A stretch of 64,000 nt of DNA from Gemmatimonadota bacterium (GCA_039588295.1 JBDHAB010000002.1:32001-96000); one strand, 5' to 3'. Counted from the stretch's first letter, positions 18,767-28,742 are shown. Numbers and translations: made by a program. The notes: generated by a model not told the origin, from the sequence alone.

Positions 18767-18810
18767 GGTTCAGATCCTCATTCAGCAAGAATGTTCGTTA
18801 CGAGTGAGCA

Positions 18811-19488
18811 TCACATCGCCGCGCCAACAATCGTCGTGGCACGTCTCAAGAAATCCACCTTGCGCCGCATCGTCGCGGCGAGATGTGCGCTCACGTAGGT
18901 ATTGGCCGGATCCTGGGCCAGCGCGGCCCGCGCGTCGGCAAGTGCCCGATCGATTACGGCCAGGTTCTCCTCCAACACACGCACCGTTTCCGGGTCGAGC
19001 TGGGCTCGCTGTGCCGCAAGCACCTGCTCGAGCGCCGTGACCGCCGCGTCGTAATCGGGGGTCACCACGGCTGCGGCGATCGCCGGAACATCAGTGCCCG
19101 GGCCGGCCGCAGCCCGCGGCCCGGTCGCCGCCGGCCCGGGGGCCAACAACAGCCAGACGGCGCCAGCCGACACCGCCACGAGTGCGAGACCGGCCGCAGC
19201 CAATTGCGGCACGGACAACGTGATCTTGCGTCCCGTGCGCGCTCGCCAGTCCCGCACATCCACCACCCCGGACTGCGGACGGATCCGCTCGGCGACACCG
19301 GGCCAGAGATCGCGGGTCGGCGAACGGTCGCGGAGCGCCTCTGCCCGAGCGACGACTCGGCGGAGATCCTCGAGCGCCTCGGCACACGCCGGACATTCCC
19401 GGAGATGGGACTCCAGCGCGCCCCGCTCGCCGGATTCGAGCTCCCCGTCCACGTACTCGGATAATCGATCACGCCACGAGTCGTTCAT
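18811..19488 (-). CDS. Zinc-finger (zf-HC2) transmembrane anti-sigma factor
   Basis: LSEYVDGEL..HLRECPAC motif, TM helix; follows the ECF sigma gene. Confidence 0.9.
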   Translation of the reverse strand: MNDSWRDRLSEYVDGELESGERGALESHLRECPACAEALEDLRRVVARAEALRDRSPTRDLWPGVAERIRPQSGVVDVRDWRARTGRKITLSVPQLAAAGLALVAVSAGAVWLLLAPGPAATGPRAAAGPGTDVPAIAAAVVTPDYDAAVTALEQVLAAQRAQLDPETVRVLEENLAVIDRALADARAALAQDPANTYVSAHLAATMRRKVDFLRRATTIVGAAM

Positions 19489-19499
19489 GGTCGTATTCC

Positions 19500-20024
19500 C
19501 TACCGGTCCAGGTGCTGTCGCAGCATCATGCGGGCGCGGTGGAGCTGCGCTTTGGAGGTGCCGGCCGTGACCCCCAGCATGTCGGCGATCTCCCGATGCT
19601 TGAACCCTTCGACGTCGTGCAACACGAACACTTCCCTCGCTCCTCCGGGTAGCCGGCTTATCGCCGCTTCGAAATCCAGGCTGAGGTCCGGCTCCACCCG
19701 CGGTCCCGATGCGATCTCAAGCACGCCATCCGCCGAGCGGAATCGGTCCCGGTCTCTTCCCGTTGCGGTCCGTCGAGCGAGCAACGCGTTGATGGCCAGG
19801 CGGTGGAGCCACGTGCCGAACGCGGCCTCGCCTCGGAACGAGCCCAACTTCTCCCATGCTCGTATGAACGCTTCCTGCGTCGCATCATCCGCTTCCTCGG
19901 GCCCAACCATGCGTCTCGCCAGGCTGTGGACCCGCGCCACGTGACGGTGGTACAGCCGCTCGAACGCCTCAGCGTCTCCACCTGCAGCCAGCCGCACATC
20001 GCCCGTGTCAGATCTCTCGGTCAG
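19500..20024 (-). CDS. ECF-type RNA polymerase sigma factor
   Basis: AFERLY, DATQEAFIRAW, FGTWLHRLA, LHDVEGFKHREIA, GTSKAQLHRAR; start at CTG 20024 (after GAGGTG) or GTG 19997. Confidence 0.92.
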   Translation of the reverse strand: MTERSDTGDVRLAAGGDAEAFERLYHRHVARVHSLARRMVGPEEADDATQEAFIRAWEKLGSFRGEAAFGTWLHRLAINALLARRTATGRDRDRFRSADGVLEIASGPRVEPDLSLDFEAAISRLPGGAREVFVLHDVEGFKHREIADMLGVTAGTSKAQLHRARMMLRQHLDR

Positions 20025-20065
20025 GTTGCCACCTCGGCCGGCCGTGTGGTCCGGAACTCATCTGG

Positions 20066-20094
20066 TTGGATAGCAGTGGAGGGGAAATGGTTGA
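20066..20094 (-). promoter_or_regulatory. Candidate autoregulatory ECF promoter
   Basis: TCAACC-N17-ATCCAA on the minus strand directly upstream of the sigma gene; AAC-containing -35 is typical of ECF promoters. Confidence 0.55.
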
Positions 20095-20109
20095 CACGAC
20101 CCACTGCGC

Positions 20110-20880
20110 TCAGGGCGTGCCCCACACCTGCCGGAGGTACCAGGCCACGATCTCGTCACCCACCACGAACGTGACGGCCGCCGCAGCCGCGAGGAAGACG
20201 CCAAACGGGACCAAACGTTTCCGCCTTATCGAAAGGGGAACGAAGACGAGCGTCCCCAGCAGCGCACCACCGAAGATGGTGAGGAGCACGCCCTTCCATC
20301 CCACGAACGCACCCACCATCGCCATCATCTTGATATCGCCGCCGCCCATCGCCTCCTGGCCGAAGGCCTTCTCGCCCGCCCAGGCCACAAACACCAACAG
20401 CGCAAATCCAACGGCGGCGCCCACCGCTGCCCACCCCAGACCCGTCAGACCGCCTCGCAGCGACAGCAGCAGCCCGAGGGCGAGCCCCCCGATCGTGTAC
20501 TCGTCGGGAATCAGGTAGTGCCGCGCATCGGTGACCCCGATGCCGAGGAGGATCGTGCCGAGGGTCACGGCCGCCAGCGCGTCCCAGCCGAGCCCGTAGT
20601 GCCACACCGCTGCCACCCATACCGCCGCAACCAGCGCCTCGACAATCGGGTATAGCACGGATATCGGCTGCGCGCAGTGCCGACAGCGTCCCCGGAGTCC
20701 CAGCCATGATACGATTGGGATGTTGTCGAACCACGCGATTGGGGTGCCGCACTTGGGACATTTCGACCGTGGCCGCGCAATCGACTCGCCGACCGGGAGC
20801 CGCGCGAGACACACGTTGAGGAAGCTCCCGAAGATGGCCCCAAAGAGCCCCGCCGCGACGAGCCAGAACGCATCAGGCAT
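20110..20880 (-). CDS. pilD: Prepilin peptidase (A24 family)
   Basis: GSFLNVC, SKCPKC..CRHC cysteine pairs, D..HYLIPD, MGGGDIKM. Confidence 0.93.
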   Translation of the reverse strand: MPDAFWLVAAGLFGAIFGSFLNVCLARLPVGESIARPRSKCPKCGTPIAWFDNIPIVSWLGLRGRCRHCAQPISVLYPIVEALVAAVWVAAVWHYGLGWDALAAVTLGTILLGIGVTDARHYLIPDEYTIGGLALGLLLSLRGGLTGLGWAAVGAAVGFALLVFVAWAGEKAFGQEAMGGGDIKMMAMVGAFVGWKGVLLTIFGGALLGTLVFVPLSIRRKRLVPFGVFLAAAAAVTFVVGDEIVAWYLRQVWGTP

Positions 20881-21643
20881 TCCGCCCTACCTCGTAGAGC
20901 AGGATGCCCGCCGCTACCGCCACGTTCAGCGACTCCGCACCCCGAGCCAGCGGAATGGCCACCCGGTGCGTGGCCAGCGATCGCACGAACGGGCGCACTC
21001 CGGCGCCCTCGTTGCCGACCACCACGGCGAGCTGCTCACCGTGCGAGAGCCGTGGGAGCGGCGTGCCCTCCGTCGTCGCCGCCCACACCGTCACGCCGTA
21101 TTGTTTCACCCACGCGGTGAATTCACCGTCCTGCACCGCCGCCACCGGCAGACGGAACGTCGCGCCCGTCGCCGCTCTCAGGACCTTGGGATTCGTGAGT
21201 GCCGCCGTTCCCGGCAGGACGATGGCGCCGGGCGAGCCCAACGCGAAGGCGGTTCGGAGGAGGGTGCCGACATTGCCGGGGTCCTGGACGCCGTCCAGCA
21301 CCAGCACGGGATGCCGTGCGCTGGGGCGGATCTCCTCCAGATGGTGGACCGGCGGATCCAGGACGGCGAGGATGCCCTGCGGGGTGTCCGTATCCGCCAA
21401 CTGCACGAGTTCCCGCGGGGAAAGCTCCTCCACCGGAACCGCGCGCAATGCCAGCGACTCGAGTAACGCCGCGCCGCGCGGCTGCCCCGCCAACTCCGAA
21501 TCGACCACCACACCTCGCACAGGCACGCCCGCGTCCAGCGCTTCCTCAACGAGACGCACGCCCTCCGCAACCGCAAGCCGGCTCCGCTTGCGCGCTTTGC
21601 GGCGTTGTAGATTGCGTATCTGCGTAACGAGATTGGGGGCCAT
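20873..21643 (-). CDS. TrmH/SpoU family RNA 2'-O-methyltransferase
   Basis: DGVQDPGNVGTLLRTA, GNEGAG, ESLNVAVAAGILLYE. Confidence 0.93.
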   Translation of the reverse strand: MAPNLVTQIRNLQRRKARKRSRLAVAEGVRLVEEALDAGVPVRGVVVDSELAGQPRGAALLESLALRAVPVEELSPRELVQLADTDTPQGILAVLDPPVHHLEEIRPSARHPVLVLDGVQDPGNVGTLLRTAFALGSPGAIVLPGTAALTNPKVLRAATGATFRLPVAAVQDGEFTAWVKQYGVTVWAATTEGTPLPRLSHGEQLAVVVGNEGAGVRPFVRSLATHRVAIPLARGAESLNVAVAAGILLYEVGRNA

Positions 21644-21727
21644 GGTTCAAATGCTTCCCGGAAGCAATGTGGTCGAGCGGCGCGCGTTCGCCAAGCGATG
21701 GCCTAGCCGGCGGATCGGAGTAACCGC

Positions 21728-22531
21728 GTGAAGATCGCACTCACCATCGCTGGATCGGACTCGGGCGGTGGGGCCGGCATCCAGGCCGATCTCAAGACGT
21801 TTCACCAGTTCGGCGTGTTCGGTACGAGTGTCCTCGTCGCCATCACCGCGCAGAATACACGCGGCGTGACCGGTGTCCACCCGATCCCCATGGACATGGT
21901 CCGGCAGCAGCTCGAGGCCGTCGCCGACGACCTGTTCCCCGCGGCAGTGAAGACCGGTATGCTGGCAACGGCAGCGCTCGTGCATGCCGTGGCAGAGGGA
22001 ATCCGGTCCTCCGGATTCCCCAACTACGTACTCGACCCGGTGATGGTGGCGACCTCCGGCGACCGCCTCCTCGCTGCCGATGCCGAACGGTCGGTCGCCG
22101 AGACCCTGGTCCCACTAGCGACCCTCGTGACGCCCAACCTCGACGAGGCGAGGATTCTGGTGCAGGAGAAGATCGAGACTGTTGCCGAGATGCACCTGGC
22201 CGGGCGAGCGCTGCTGCGCCGTGGAGCGCACGGGGTCTTGATCAAGGGCGGTCACCTGCCCGGTGACCAGGTCGTCGACGTGCTGGTCACCGCCGATACG
22301 ACCAGAGAATTCCGTCGCCCGCGGATCGAGACGGCCTCCACGCACGGAACGGGCTGCACGCTCTCGTCGGCGATCACCGCCGGGCTCGCATTGGGCCGAA
22401 GCTTGGAGCGGGCCGTCACCGACGGCCTTGAGTTCGTGCATCGCGCCATCGCTGCCGCTCCGGGGCTGGGGTCCGGCCACGGCCCGCTCAACCACTTTGT
22501 GGCGGCTCCTGAACTGGAGGTCGACGCGTGA
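21728..22531 (+). CDS. thiD: Hydroxymethylpyrimidine/phosphomethylpyrimidine kinase
   Basis: [45 protein letters not shown]. Confidence 0.97.
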   Translation: MKIALTIAGSDSGGGAGIQADLKTFHQFGVFGTSVLVAITAQNTRGVTGVHPIPMDMVRQQLEAVADDLFPAAVKTGMLATAALVHAVAEGIRSSGFPNYVLDPVMVATSGDRLLAADAERSVAETLVPLATLVTPNLDEARILVQEKIETVAEMHLAGRALLRRGAHGVLIKGGHLPGDQVVDVLVTADTTREFRRPRIETASTHGTGCTLSSAITAGLALGRSLERAVTDGLEFVHRAIAAAPGLGSGHGPLNHFVAAPELEVDA

Positions 22532-24018
22532 CCGCCGATTCGCATCCGGAAGCTGAGCGTTCCCTCACTCGGCGACCGCCCCGGGGGCGTAGCATCTTCT
22601 GCAACCGCACGCTCAACCTGCGGTCGATTCGGGCCATCGGCTATGACATGGACTACACGCTGATCCAGTACCAAAGCGAAGAGTGGGAGCGGCGCGCGTA
22701 CGAGCATCTCCGCCAGAAGCTCGACGCACGCAACTGGCCGGTCGCCGATCTCGAGTTCGATCCCCAGCTCGCCATCCGCGGACTCATCCTCGACCTCGAA
22801 TACGGCAACCTCGTAAAGGCCAACCGCTTCGGATACGTCATGCGTGCCTGTCATGGCACGCGCATCATCGCGTTCGAGGATCAACGCGCCCTCTATGGTC
22901 GTGAGCTGATCGAACTGGGGGAGGAACGATACGTATTCCTCAACACGCTGTTCTCGCTGTCGGAAGCATGCATGTACTCCCAGCTCGTGGACCGACTGGA
23001 CGCGGGGCAGGTGCCGGAAGTTCTGGGCTACGCCGATCTCTACCGGCGGGTGCGCCAATCCATCGACGAGGCACACATGGAAGGCGAGCTCAAATCGGAG
23101 ATCATGGCCGACCCCGACCGGTTCGTGGAACGCGACCCTGAGCTCGCGCTCACGTTGCTCGACCAACGGCACGCCGGGAAGAAGATCCTGCTCATCACGA
23201 ACTCGGAGTGGGGATATACCCAGGCGATGATGGCCTACGCGTTCGACCCGTTCCTGGCGAATGGGCAACATTGGCGCGACCTCTTTGATCTCGTGATCGT
23301 ATCGGCGCGGAAGCCGGTGTTCTTTTCCGAGCAGAATCCGGTCTTCGAGGTGGTGAACGACGAGGGACTCCTGCGACCAGCCGCAATGGGGATTCAGGAA
23401 CCCGGTGTATACCTGGGTGGCAACGCCGCGATGGTCGAGGACCACCTCGGTGTCTCGGGTGATGAGATTCTCTATGTCGGTGACCACATCTACACCGACG
23501 TCCACGTGTCGAAGAGCGTGCTTCGCTGGCGCACGGCACTGGTCGTGCGCGAACTCGAGGGTGACCTCACGGCAGAGGAGCAGTTTGCGAGCACGCAGGA
23601 CCGGCTGAGCGCGCTCATGCAGCGCAAAGAGGATCTCGAGTTCGAGTACTCACAGACCCGGCTTGCGCTCCAGCGGCGGCGTGCCCGCTATGGTCCAAAG
23701 CCCGGTCGGCCGACTCGGACCCTCGAGCGCCGGCTCACCAGCATACGGGACGAGCTGCGGGCGTTCGATGAGGAGATCGCTCCGCTCGCGGCGGCAGCCG
23801 CGGGGCTCGGGAATCAGCGTTGGGGACCGTTGATGCGGGCGGGGAACGACAAGAGCCACCTGGCACGTCAGGTCGAACGCTCCGCGGACATCTACATGTC
23901 ACGCGTGTCGAACTTCTTGTACGAATCCCCGTTTCAGTATCTCAGGGCGCCCCGCGGGCCACTGCCGCACGATGCGGTTGGCCCCGCACCCCCCAGTCGT
24001 AAGGGTGCCCCGGACTAG
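22528..24018 (+). CDS. HAD-IG family (cN-II-like) 5'-nucleotidase
   Basis: IFCNRTLNL, GYDMDYTL (DxD), LITNS, ARKP, YVGDHIYTDV, ADIYMSRVSN. Confidence 0.92.
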   Translation: MTADSHPEAERSLTRRPPRGRSIFCNRTLNLRSIRAIGYDMDYTLIQYQSEEWERRAYEHLRQKLDARNWPVADLEFDPQLAIRGLILDLEYGNLVKANRFGYVMRACHGTRIIAFEDQRALYGRELIELGEERYVFLNTLFSLSEACMYSQLVDRLDAGQVPEVLGYADLYRRVRQSIDEAHMEGELKSEIMADPDRFVERDPELALTLLDQRHAGKKILLITNSEWGYTQAMMAYAFDPFLANGQHWRDLFDLVIVSARKPVFFSEQNPVFEVVNDEGLLRPAAMGIQEPGVYLGGNAAMVEDHLGVSGDEILYVGDHIYTDVHVSKSVLRWRTALVVRELEGDLTAEEQFASTQDRLSALMQRKEDLEFEYSQTRLALQRRRARYGPKPGRPTRTLERRLTSIRDELRAFDEEIAPLAAAAAGLGNQRWGPLMRAGNDKSHLARQVERSADIYMSRVSNFLYESPFQYLRAPRGPLPHDAVGPAPPSRKGAPD

Positions 24019-24446
24019 GCCTGGAGCAAGCGAGCGGGACGGAAGGCGACCAGCAGCGCGAGGCTCACACCGGCCACTCCGGCGAGGATGAGCCGGTCTC
24101 CCGAGATGAACCAGAGAACCGCGCCAAACAGGGTCGAGCCCTCAGCCAGCGCCCAAATGATGATGCCGCGGGCGCCGTGGTGCCTCCACCACGCATGCTC
24201 GTCGGTTGCCCCATCGTAGGGCTGGATGCGCATCCGAACGATCCGCGCAATGACGACGACCGCGGCCAACTCGGCAAACGCGACGAGGCGCACCGCCAGC
24301 AACGGAAGATCGGGCGGCTCCTGAGATACCACTTCCCGCACCAGCCCGAACCCAACCAGCGTCAGCACCGCGCCCACGACCAGAGCGCCATAGATGATGG
24401 ACACGCTGCGGCGGTCCAGGGCTGCGGTCTGATTCGAGGTCTGCAT
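24015..24446 (-). CDS. Small membrane protein of unknown function
   Basis: About 4 hydrophobic helices; follows the M48 peptidase gene on the same strand. Confidence 0.7.
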   Translation of the reverse strand: MQTSNQTAALDRRSVSIIYGALVVGAVLTLVGFGLVREVVSQEPPDLPLLAVRLVAFAELAAVVVIARIVRMRIQPYDGATDEHAWWRHHGARGIIIWALAEGSTLFGAVLWFISGDRLILAGVAGVSLALLVAFRPARLLQA

Positions 24447-24464
24447 CGCGCCTGGTCGGAGCGC

Positions 24465-25913
24465 CTAGGGGAGCGGCCCGCCGACCACACGCTTGACCGG
24501 TGTGCCCCGTGGGAAGGTGCTCGCGAGCTCGACCCCGTTGATCAATGCGACGGTCTCGATCGGCACCCGGGAGGGGTACCGCTGATTGAACTGCCCGAGC
24601 GTCAAGGTGCGGTCGAGGGTCACCACATCCAGGCGCAATGGTTGCACGCCGAGCGCCGACCGGTCGGTCAGCACACGGAAGCTCTCGAACGAGCGGTCGA
24701 CGGTACTCTCGTAAGAACCCCAGGTCGACGCCACCCCGTAGCCGAGGAGCTGGTACACGGCACCGCCGTGCTCGACGAAGGTGGCCAGCCCTCGGAGGGT
24801 TCCCTCCTGCGTCGTGGCGCTGAATGAGGCAGAGGCCGCCGACAACCCGTTGATCGAACTGGACCGCACTGGGCCGCCCTGCACGCCTTCCTGCGCGAGA
24901 AACGCGCTCGCCGCGTCCACTGCCGAACGCTCACTGGCGAGTGTGAGCTGCATCAGGGCGTCCTTGTTGGGGCTCTGCGCCAGCACCGCCTGTTTCTGGT
25001 TCGCTGTGGCCCACCCGGCCGGGAAGTCGAGCCGGAATCGGAGATCGGGGTGGAAGAACTCCTGCTCACGGAAGAAGCCCTCCCGTGGATTGGGCCCGTA
25101 GACGAGGCCGTCCAGGCGGCGCAGGTATTGCGCCTGATTGACGGTCCCGTTCGTCTGCCGGATGGAATCGAGCTTCACCTCGATGCGTTGCTGGCGATCG
25201 ACGGGATTGGGGTGGGTTGAGAGCCATCCAGGCAGCCCGTCACCGCCACTCGCGGCGCTCATCCGATCGAGCATCACGTACACATCCGGCATCTCGCTCG
25301 CGTCGTACCCGCCCCGCACCATGTAGCGCAACCCCAAATCGTCCGCCTCGCGCTCGTCGTCGCGGCTGAACTTGAGAAACAGCAACTGGAGCCCCACACC
25401 GGCCACCCCCAGCACGTTCTGTAGCTTCGGCGCCAGCACGGCCCCGGCCACCAGCCCAACCTGAGCGAGTTGCTGCGTGCTCATCTGCTGTGCCGAATGA
25501 CGCGCGGTCACGTGACCGATTTCGTGACCCAGTACCGAGGCGAGCTCCGCCTCCGAGTTCATGTGCGCCATGATCCCACGGGTGATGTAGATGAACCCCC
25601 CGGGGACCGCGAAGGCGTTCACCGCGGGATCGTCCACCACCCGGAACGTCCACGGCAGGGTCGGTCGCTCCGTTTGGCTCGCCAGGCGCTGACCGAGACC
25701 CGCCACGTACCGCTGAAGGCCCGAGTCTGGGTACACGCCGAATGAGGCCACAATCGAGGGATCGGCCTCCAAACCCATCTGGATTTCCTGTTGTTCGCTG
25801 ACGAACATCAGCTGCCGCCGCCCCGTGGCCGGATTAACCGCGCATCCAACGAGGATCAGCGCGACAGTTGCGAGAAGTACTCTCGTCCAACGGCGTGGGT
25901 TGGGTCGCATCAT
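24465..25913 (-). CDS. M48 family lipoprotein metalloprotease with C-terminal LysM-like segment
   Basis: LVGC lipobox, NAFAVPGG, VLGHEIGHV, FSRDDEREAD, LSTHP. Confidence 0.92.
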   Translation of the reverse strand: MMRPNPRRWTRVLLATVALILVGCAVNPATGRRQLMFVSEQQEIQMGLEADPSIVASFGVYPDSGLQRYVAGLGQRLASQTERPTLPWTFRVVDDPAVNAFAVPGGFIYITRGIMAHMNSEAELASVLGHEIGHVTARHSAQQMSTQQLAQVGLVAGAVLAPKLQNVLGVAGVGLQLLFLKFSRDDEREADDLGLRYMVRGGYDASEMPDVYVMLDRMSAASGGDGLPGWLSTHPNPVDRQQRIEVKLDSIRQTNGTVNQAQYLRRLDGLVYGPNPREGFFREQEFFHPDLRFRLDFPAGWATANQKQAVLAQSPNKDALMQLTLASERSAVDAASAFLAQEGVQGGPVRSSSINGLSAASASFSATTQEGTLRGLATFVEHGGAVYQLLGYGVASTWGSYESTVDRSFESFRVLTDRSALGVQPLRLDVVTLDRTLTLGQFNQRYPSRVPIETVALINGVELASTFPRGTPVKRVVGGPLP

Positions 25914-26007
25914 GGGATGGAATGACTCCTGGCCGGGTGCAAGAACGGCTGCGAATCTCGTAATGGGTTGAAAGATGAGTGAGAGGACCGGGGAGTGGTA
26001 GCGCCGC

Positions 26008-26044
26008 AGAGAAAGGGGCGATGAGTCGTCGACTCATCGCCCCT
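26008..26044 (-). terminator. Rho-independent terminator of the ECF/HEAT operon
   Basis: Perfect 14-bp stem AGGGGCGATGAGTC/GACTCATCGCCCCT ending in TTTCTCT on the minus strand. Confidence 0.8.
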
Positions 26045-26096
26045 CACGCCTCAGGCCGGCAGCATGCCGACCACGACGATCAACGAGGTGGGCCGG

Positions 26097-27509
26097 TCAC
26101 TGCTTCACGATCTCCATCAGAAACTCGGCAACACGGGGGTCCTTCGACTGGCCCAACCACATGATCGCCTGCTGCCGACGCTCAGGATCCGGGTCATTGC
26201 GGGCGATTTCCATGAGCTTGGTGACCGCCGCGGGGCCCTTCCGCATCGAGAGGATGTACATCAGCTGTCCACGCATCTCCGGGTCGTCGCTGCCGTCGTA
26301 CATCGCGATCAGGTCAGCGACCGGAACATCCTCGCCCCGCGCGACCATGAACAATGCCTGCCTCCGGATGTCCGGTGGCTCATTCGGATCGAGCGCGCGC
26401 TGGAGCACCCAGTCGCGAATGTCCGAGCGCTTGCTCATCGCGAGCACATAGATGAGTCGTTCCCGCAGCATGACCGACTCCAGCGTCGGATACAGCTCCC
26501 GCAGGAAATCCAGATTCTCAAGCGAGGGATGCTGGCCCAACGTCATGATCGCCATCTCTCGCATTTCGTCGTCCGAGCCGGGACGGCTTACGATTTCTCG
26601 CAGGAGCGCGGCGGAACGCTCGTCGCGGCGCTGGGCCAGCGCTATGAGCGCATGTCTCGCCAGCTCGGTATCCTCGGAGTTCTGGATCACCTCCTGGAGC
26701 GCCTGGAACGACCGATCGCTCTTCGACTGCGCCAGCCAGATCAGCGCCATCCCTTTCACTTCGGCATCAGGATCGTTGCGCACGACCTCGAGCAAGGTCT
26801 CTTCCATCTCCGGCGTACGCCTCCGACCCAGCATCATGACGGCCTGACGTCGAAGATCCACCGACGTCTCGTCCCGCTTCAGGAGCACTTCTCGCAGTAA
26901 CGGGAGTGCCTTCTCATTGTCCATCATCATGAGCGCGTTCAGCGCTGCCAGCCGGACTTCGTCTTCCTCACTCACTTGCGCGCGCGTACCTGCGACGATG
27001 CCGCCTTCCCGTGCGAGGCGCTTGGCGGCCTCAACATCACCACGCCGCGCGAGCTGCCCGCGGATGCGGGTCGCGAGCATCCTCGCTTCACGGAGGGTCC
27101 CCGCCGACGGATGCCGCTCTCGCTGCACCTCGAGTCGCTGCAACGCTTCCTTCAGGTGCTCGGTCGAGCTCAGGCGATACAGCGCGAACGCCTCCCAGTA
27201 ATAGGAGTCGGCCGCGTACCCCGAACGCGGATAGCGATCTCGGAGACTGCGAAAGAGATCCACCGCCTTGCGGTAGGCCCGTCGGCTCAGCGCCTGGCGT
27301 CCGGCCTTATAGAGAGAATCGGCCGGATCCTGTTGCGGCCAGGCCACCGGCGGTGCTGGTTCTGGTGACACCGATCCGGTCCCCAGAGTCCGTGAAGAAC
27401 TCCCAGCAGCCGCTTGCTGTGCTGCGAGTGGGCCGGTCGATAGCGCGACCACCACGCCCACACCTACCAGTCCGCGAGCCACGCACCGAAACGCTCTGTG
27501 ATATCGCAT
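26097..27509 (-). CDS. Secreted TPR (BamD-like) plus HEAT-repeat protein
   Basis: Signal peptide ending PLAAQ; DPADSLY..YPRSGYAADSYYWEAF; HEAT repeats (RRQAVMMLG, RQQAIMWLGQSKDPR); start overlaps the upstream stop. Confidence 0.85.
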   Translation of the reverse strand: MRYHRAFRCVARGLVGVGVVVALSTGPLAAQQAAAGSSSRTLGTGSVSPEPAPPVAWPQQDPADSLYKAGRQALSRRAYRKAVDLFRSLRDRYPRSGYAADSYYWEAFALYRLSSTEHLKEALQRLEVQRERHPSAGTLREARMLATRIRGQLARRGDVEAAKRLAREGGIVAGTRAQVSEEDEVRLAALNALMMMDNEKALPLLREVLLKRDETSVDLRRQAVMMLGRRRTPEMEETLLEVVRNDPDAEVKGMALIWLAQSKSDRSFQALQEVIQNSEDTELARHALIALAQRRDERSAALLREIVSRPGSDDEMREMAIMTLGQHPSLENLDFLRELYPTLESVMLRERLIYVLAMSKRSDIRDWVLQRALDPNEPPDIRRQALFMVARGEDVPVADLIAMYDGSDDPEMRGQLMYILSMRKGPAAVTKLMEIARNDPDPERRQQAIMWLGQSKDPRVAEFLMEIVKQ

Positions 27510-28138
27510 TACAACGCTCCTTGTAGATCCGTTCCCGCGGACTCGACGGCCGTCGCCGAGTGAAGTCGGAACAGCACACTTCGTTGTTCGAGACTCTGGT
27601 CGATCAAGTCCAGCTCTTCTTTTGGCGCCGCTCCCGATACCTGCGCGATCTGCATCAGCACGAGCTCGATGTCTTCCAGGAGGGTGCGGCGTTGCCCGTC
27701 GCCGGCGATCGGGGAGTCGAGCAGAATTCGTGTCGTGGCAAGCAGGCCGTGGGCCGGCTCGGACACTTCGTCCATCGAACGTCCCGCCTGCGTGCTGGAG
27801 CGGAAGTCGGCCAAAAACAGCTCCACCTGACCGAGGTGCTGAGTCGTCGCCAACTCGAACGCCACGCCGGTCCCCTCGGAGACGGGCGCTGCACCCGACG
27901 CCACGGCCGGCTCGCCGTCGCTGCCCGTCACGCGTCCGATGCCGATTCCCAACACGAGTGCCGCGGCCACACCTGCGGCCCAGTAGATCCAGGCCGGTCG
28001 GAAGGCTCGCCGATCCGCACGTGTCTTCGTTCGAGCACCTCGGATCGCATGCCACATCTCCTCGCGTGGCACCTCGGGCGGACGATGATACTCGCGTGCC
28101 GCATCGTGCACGAACCGCTCGAACTTCTCGTCAGTCAT
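27509..28138 (-). CDS. Transmembrane protein, probable anti-sigma factor
   Basis: PPEVPREEMWHAI, TM helix AAGVAAALVLGIGIG; ATGA overlap with the sigma stop. Confidence 0.8.
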   Translation of the reverse strand: MTDEKFERFVHDAAREYHRPPEVPREEMWHAIRGARTKTRADRRAFRPAWIYWAAGVAAALVLGIGIGRVTGSDGEPAVASGAAPVSEGTGVAFELATTQHLGQVELFLADFRSSTQAGRSMDEVSEPAHGLLATTRILLDSPIAGDGQRRTLLEDIELVLMQIAQVSGAAPKEELDLIDQSLEQRSVLFRLHSATAVESAGTDLQGAL

Positions 28139-28677
28139 GACGCCCACTCCCCTGCAAACTCCGCGAGCGAGTCCCGCAGTCGTGCCCGGGCCCGCGATAA
28201 CTGCGCTTTCGACGTGCCGGATGGCATCCCCAGCGATGCTCCGATCTCGTCATGGGTGTATCCCTCAACGTCATGCATTAGGAACACGATCCTGTACTTG
28301 GCCGGAAGGGCATCAATCGCCCATTTGAGCCGGTCCTTCAGGTCCGGTTCGGCCCTCCGTCCCTGACTTCCCACCGTTGCCGCCTCCTCGAGCTCCACCT
28401 CACGACGCCGGAACCGTTTGATCTTGCGCAACCCGTTCAGCACGACCGTATTGGCGATCGAGAGGATCCAGGTGCCCAAGGCCGCCTCGCCACGGAACTG
28501 CTCAACCCGATCAAACGCTCGGATGAACGTGTCCTGCGTGAACTCGCGCGCGAGCTCATCTTCTCCCGTCATCCGATAGGCCAGCCGGTAGACCCGGTCT
28601 ACGTGTCGGTCATAGAGCGCTCGCTCGGCTGTCGCCTCTCCTGCCCGAACGCGCTCGATCAGTTCGCGATCGTCCAC
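28135..28677 (-). CDS. ECF-type RNA polymerase sigma factor
   Basis: VYRLAYRM, TQDTFIRAF, MHDVEGYTHDEIG, GTSKAQLSRARARLR. Confidence 0.93.
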   Translation of the reverse strand: MDDRELIERVRAGEATAERALYDRHVDRVYRLAYRMTGEDELAREFTQDTFIRAFDRVEQFRGEAALGTWILSIANTVVLNGLRKIKRFRRREVELEEAATVGSQGRRAEPDLKDRLKWAIDALPAKYRIVFLMHDVEGYTHDEIGASLGMPSGTSKAQLSRARARLRDSLAEFAGEWAS

Positions 28678-28714
28678 CCAACCCCCGGGGCTCGTGCATC
28701 GTGGTCTGCCATAA

Positions 28715-28742
28715 CTGACACTCCGTCGTCAAAAACGGTTGC
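28715..28742 (-). promoter_or_regulatory. Candidate autoregulatory ECF promoter
   Basis: GCAACC-N16-TGTCAG on the minus strand upstream of the sigma gene. Confidence 0.55.

Noticed and set aside
27510..28055. N-terminal 182 aa of the 652-aa ORF 26097-28055
   Set aside because: Overlaps the anti-sigma-like gene in another frame; the real start is ATG 27509 with a signal peptide.
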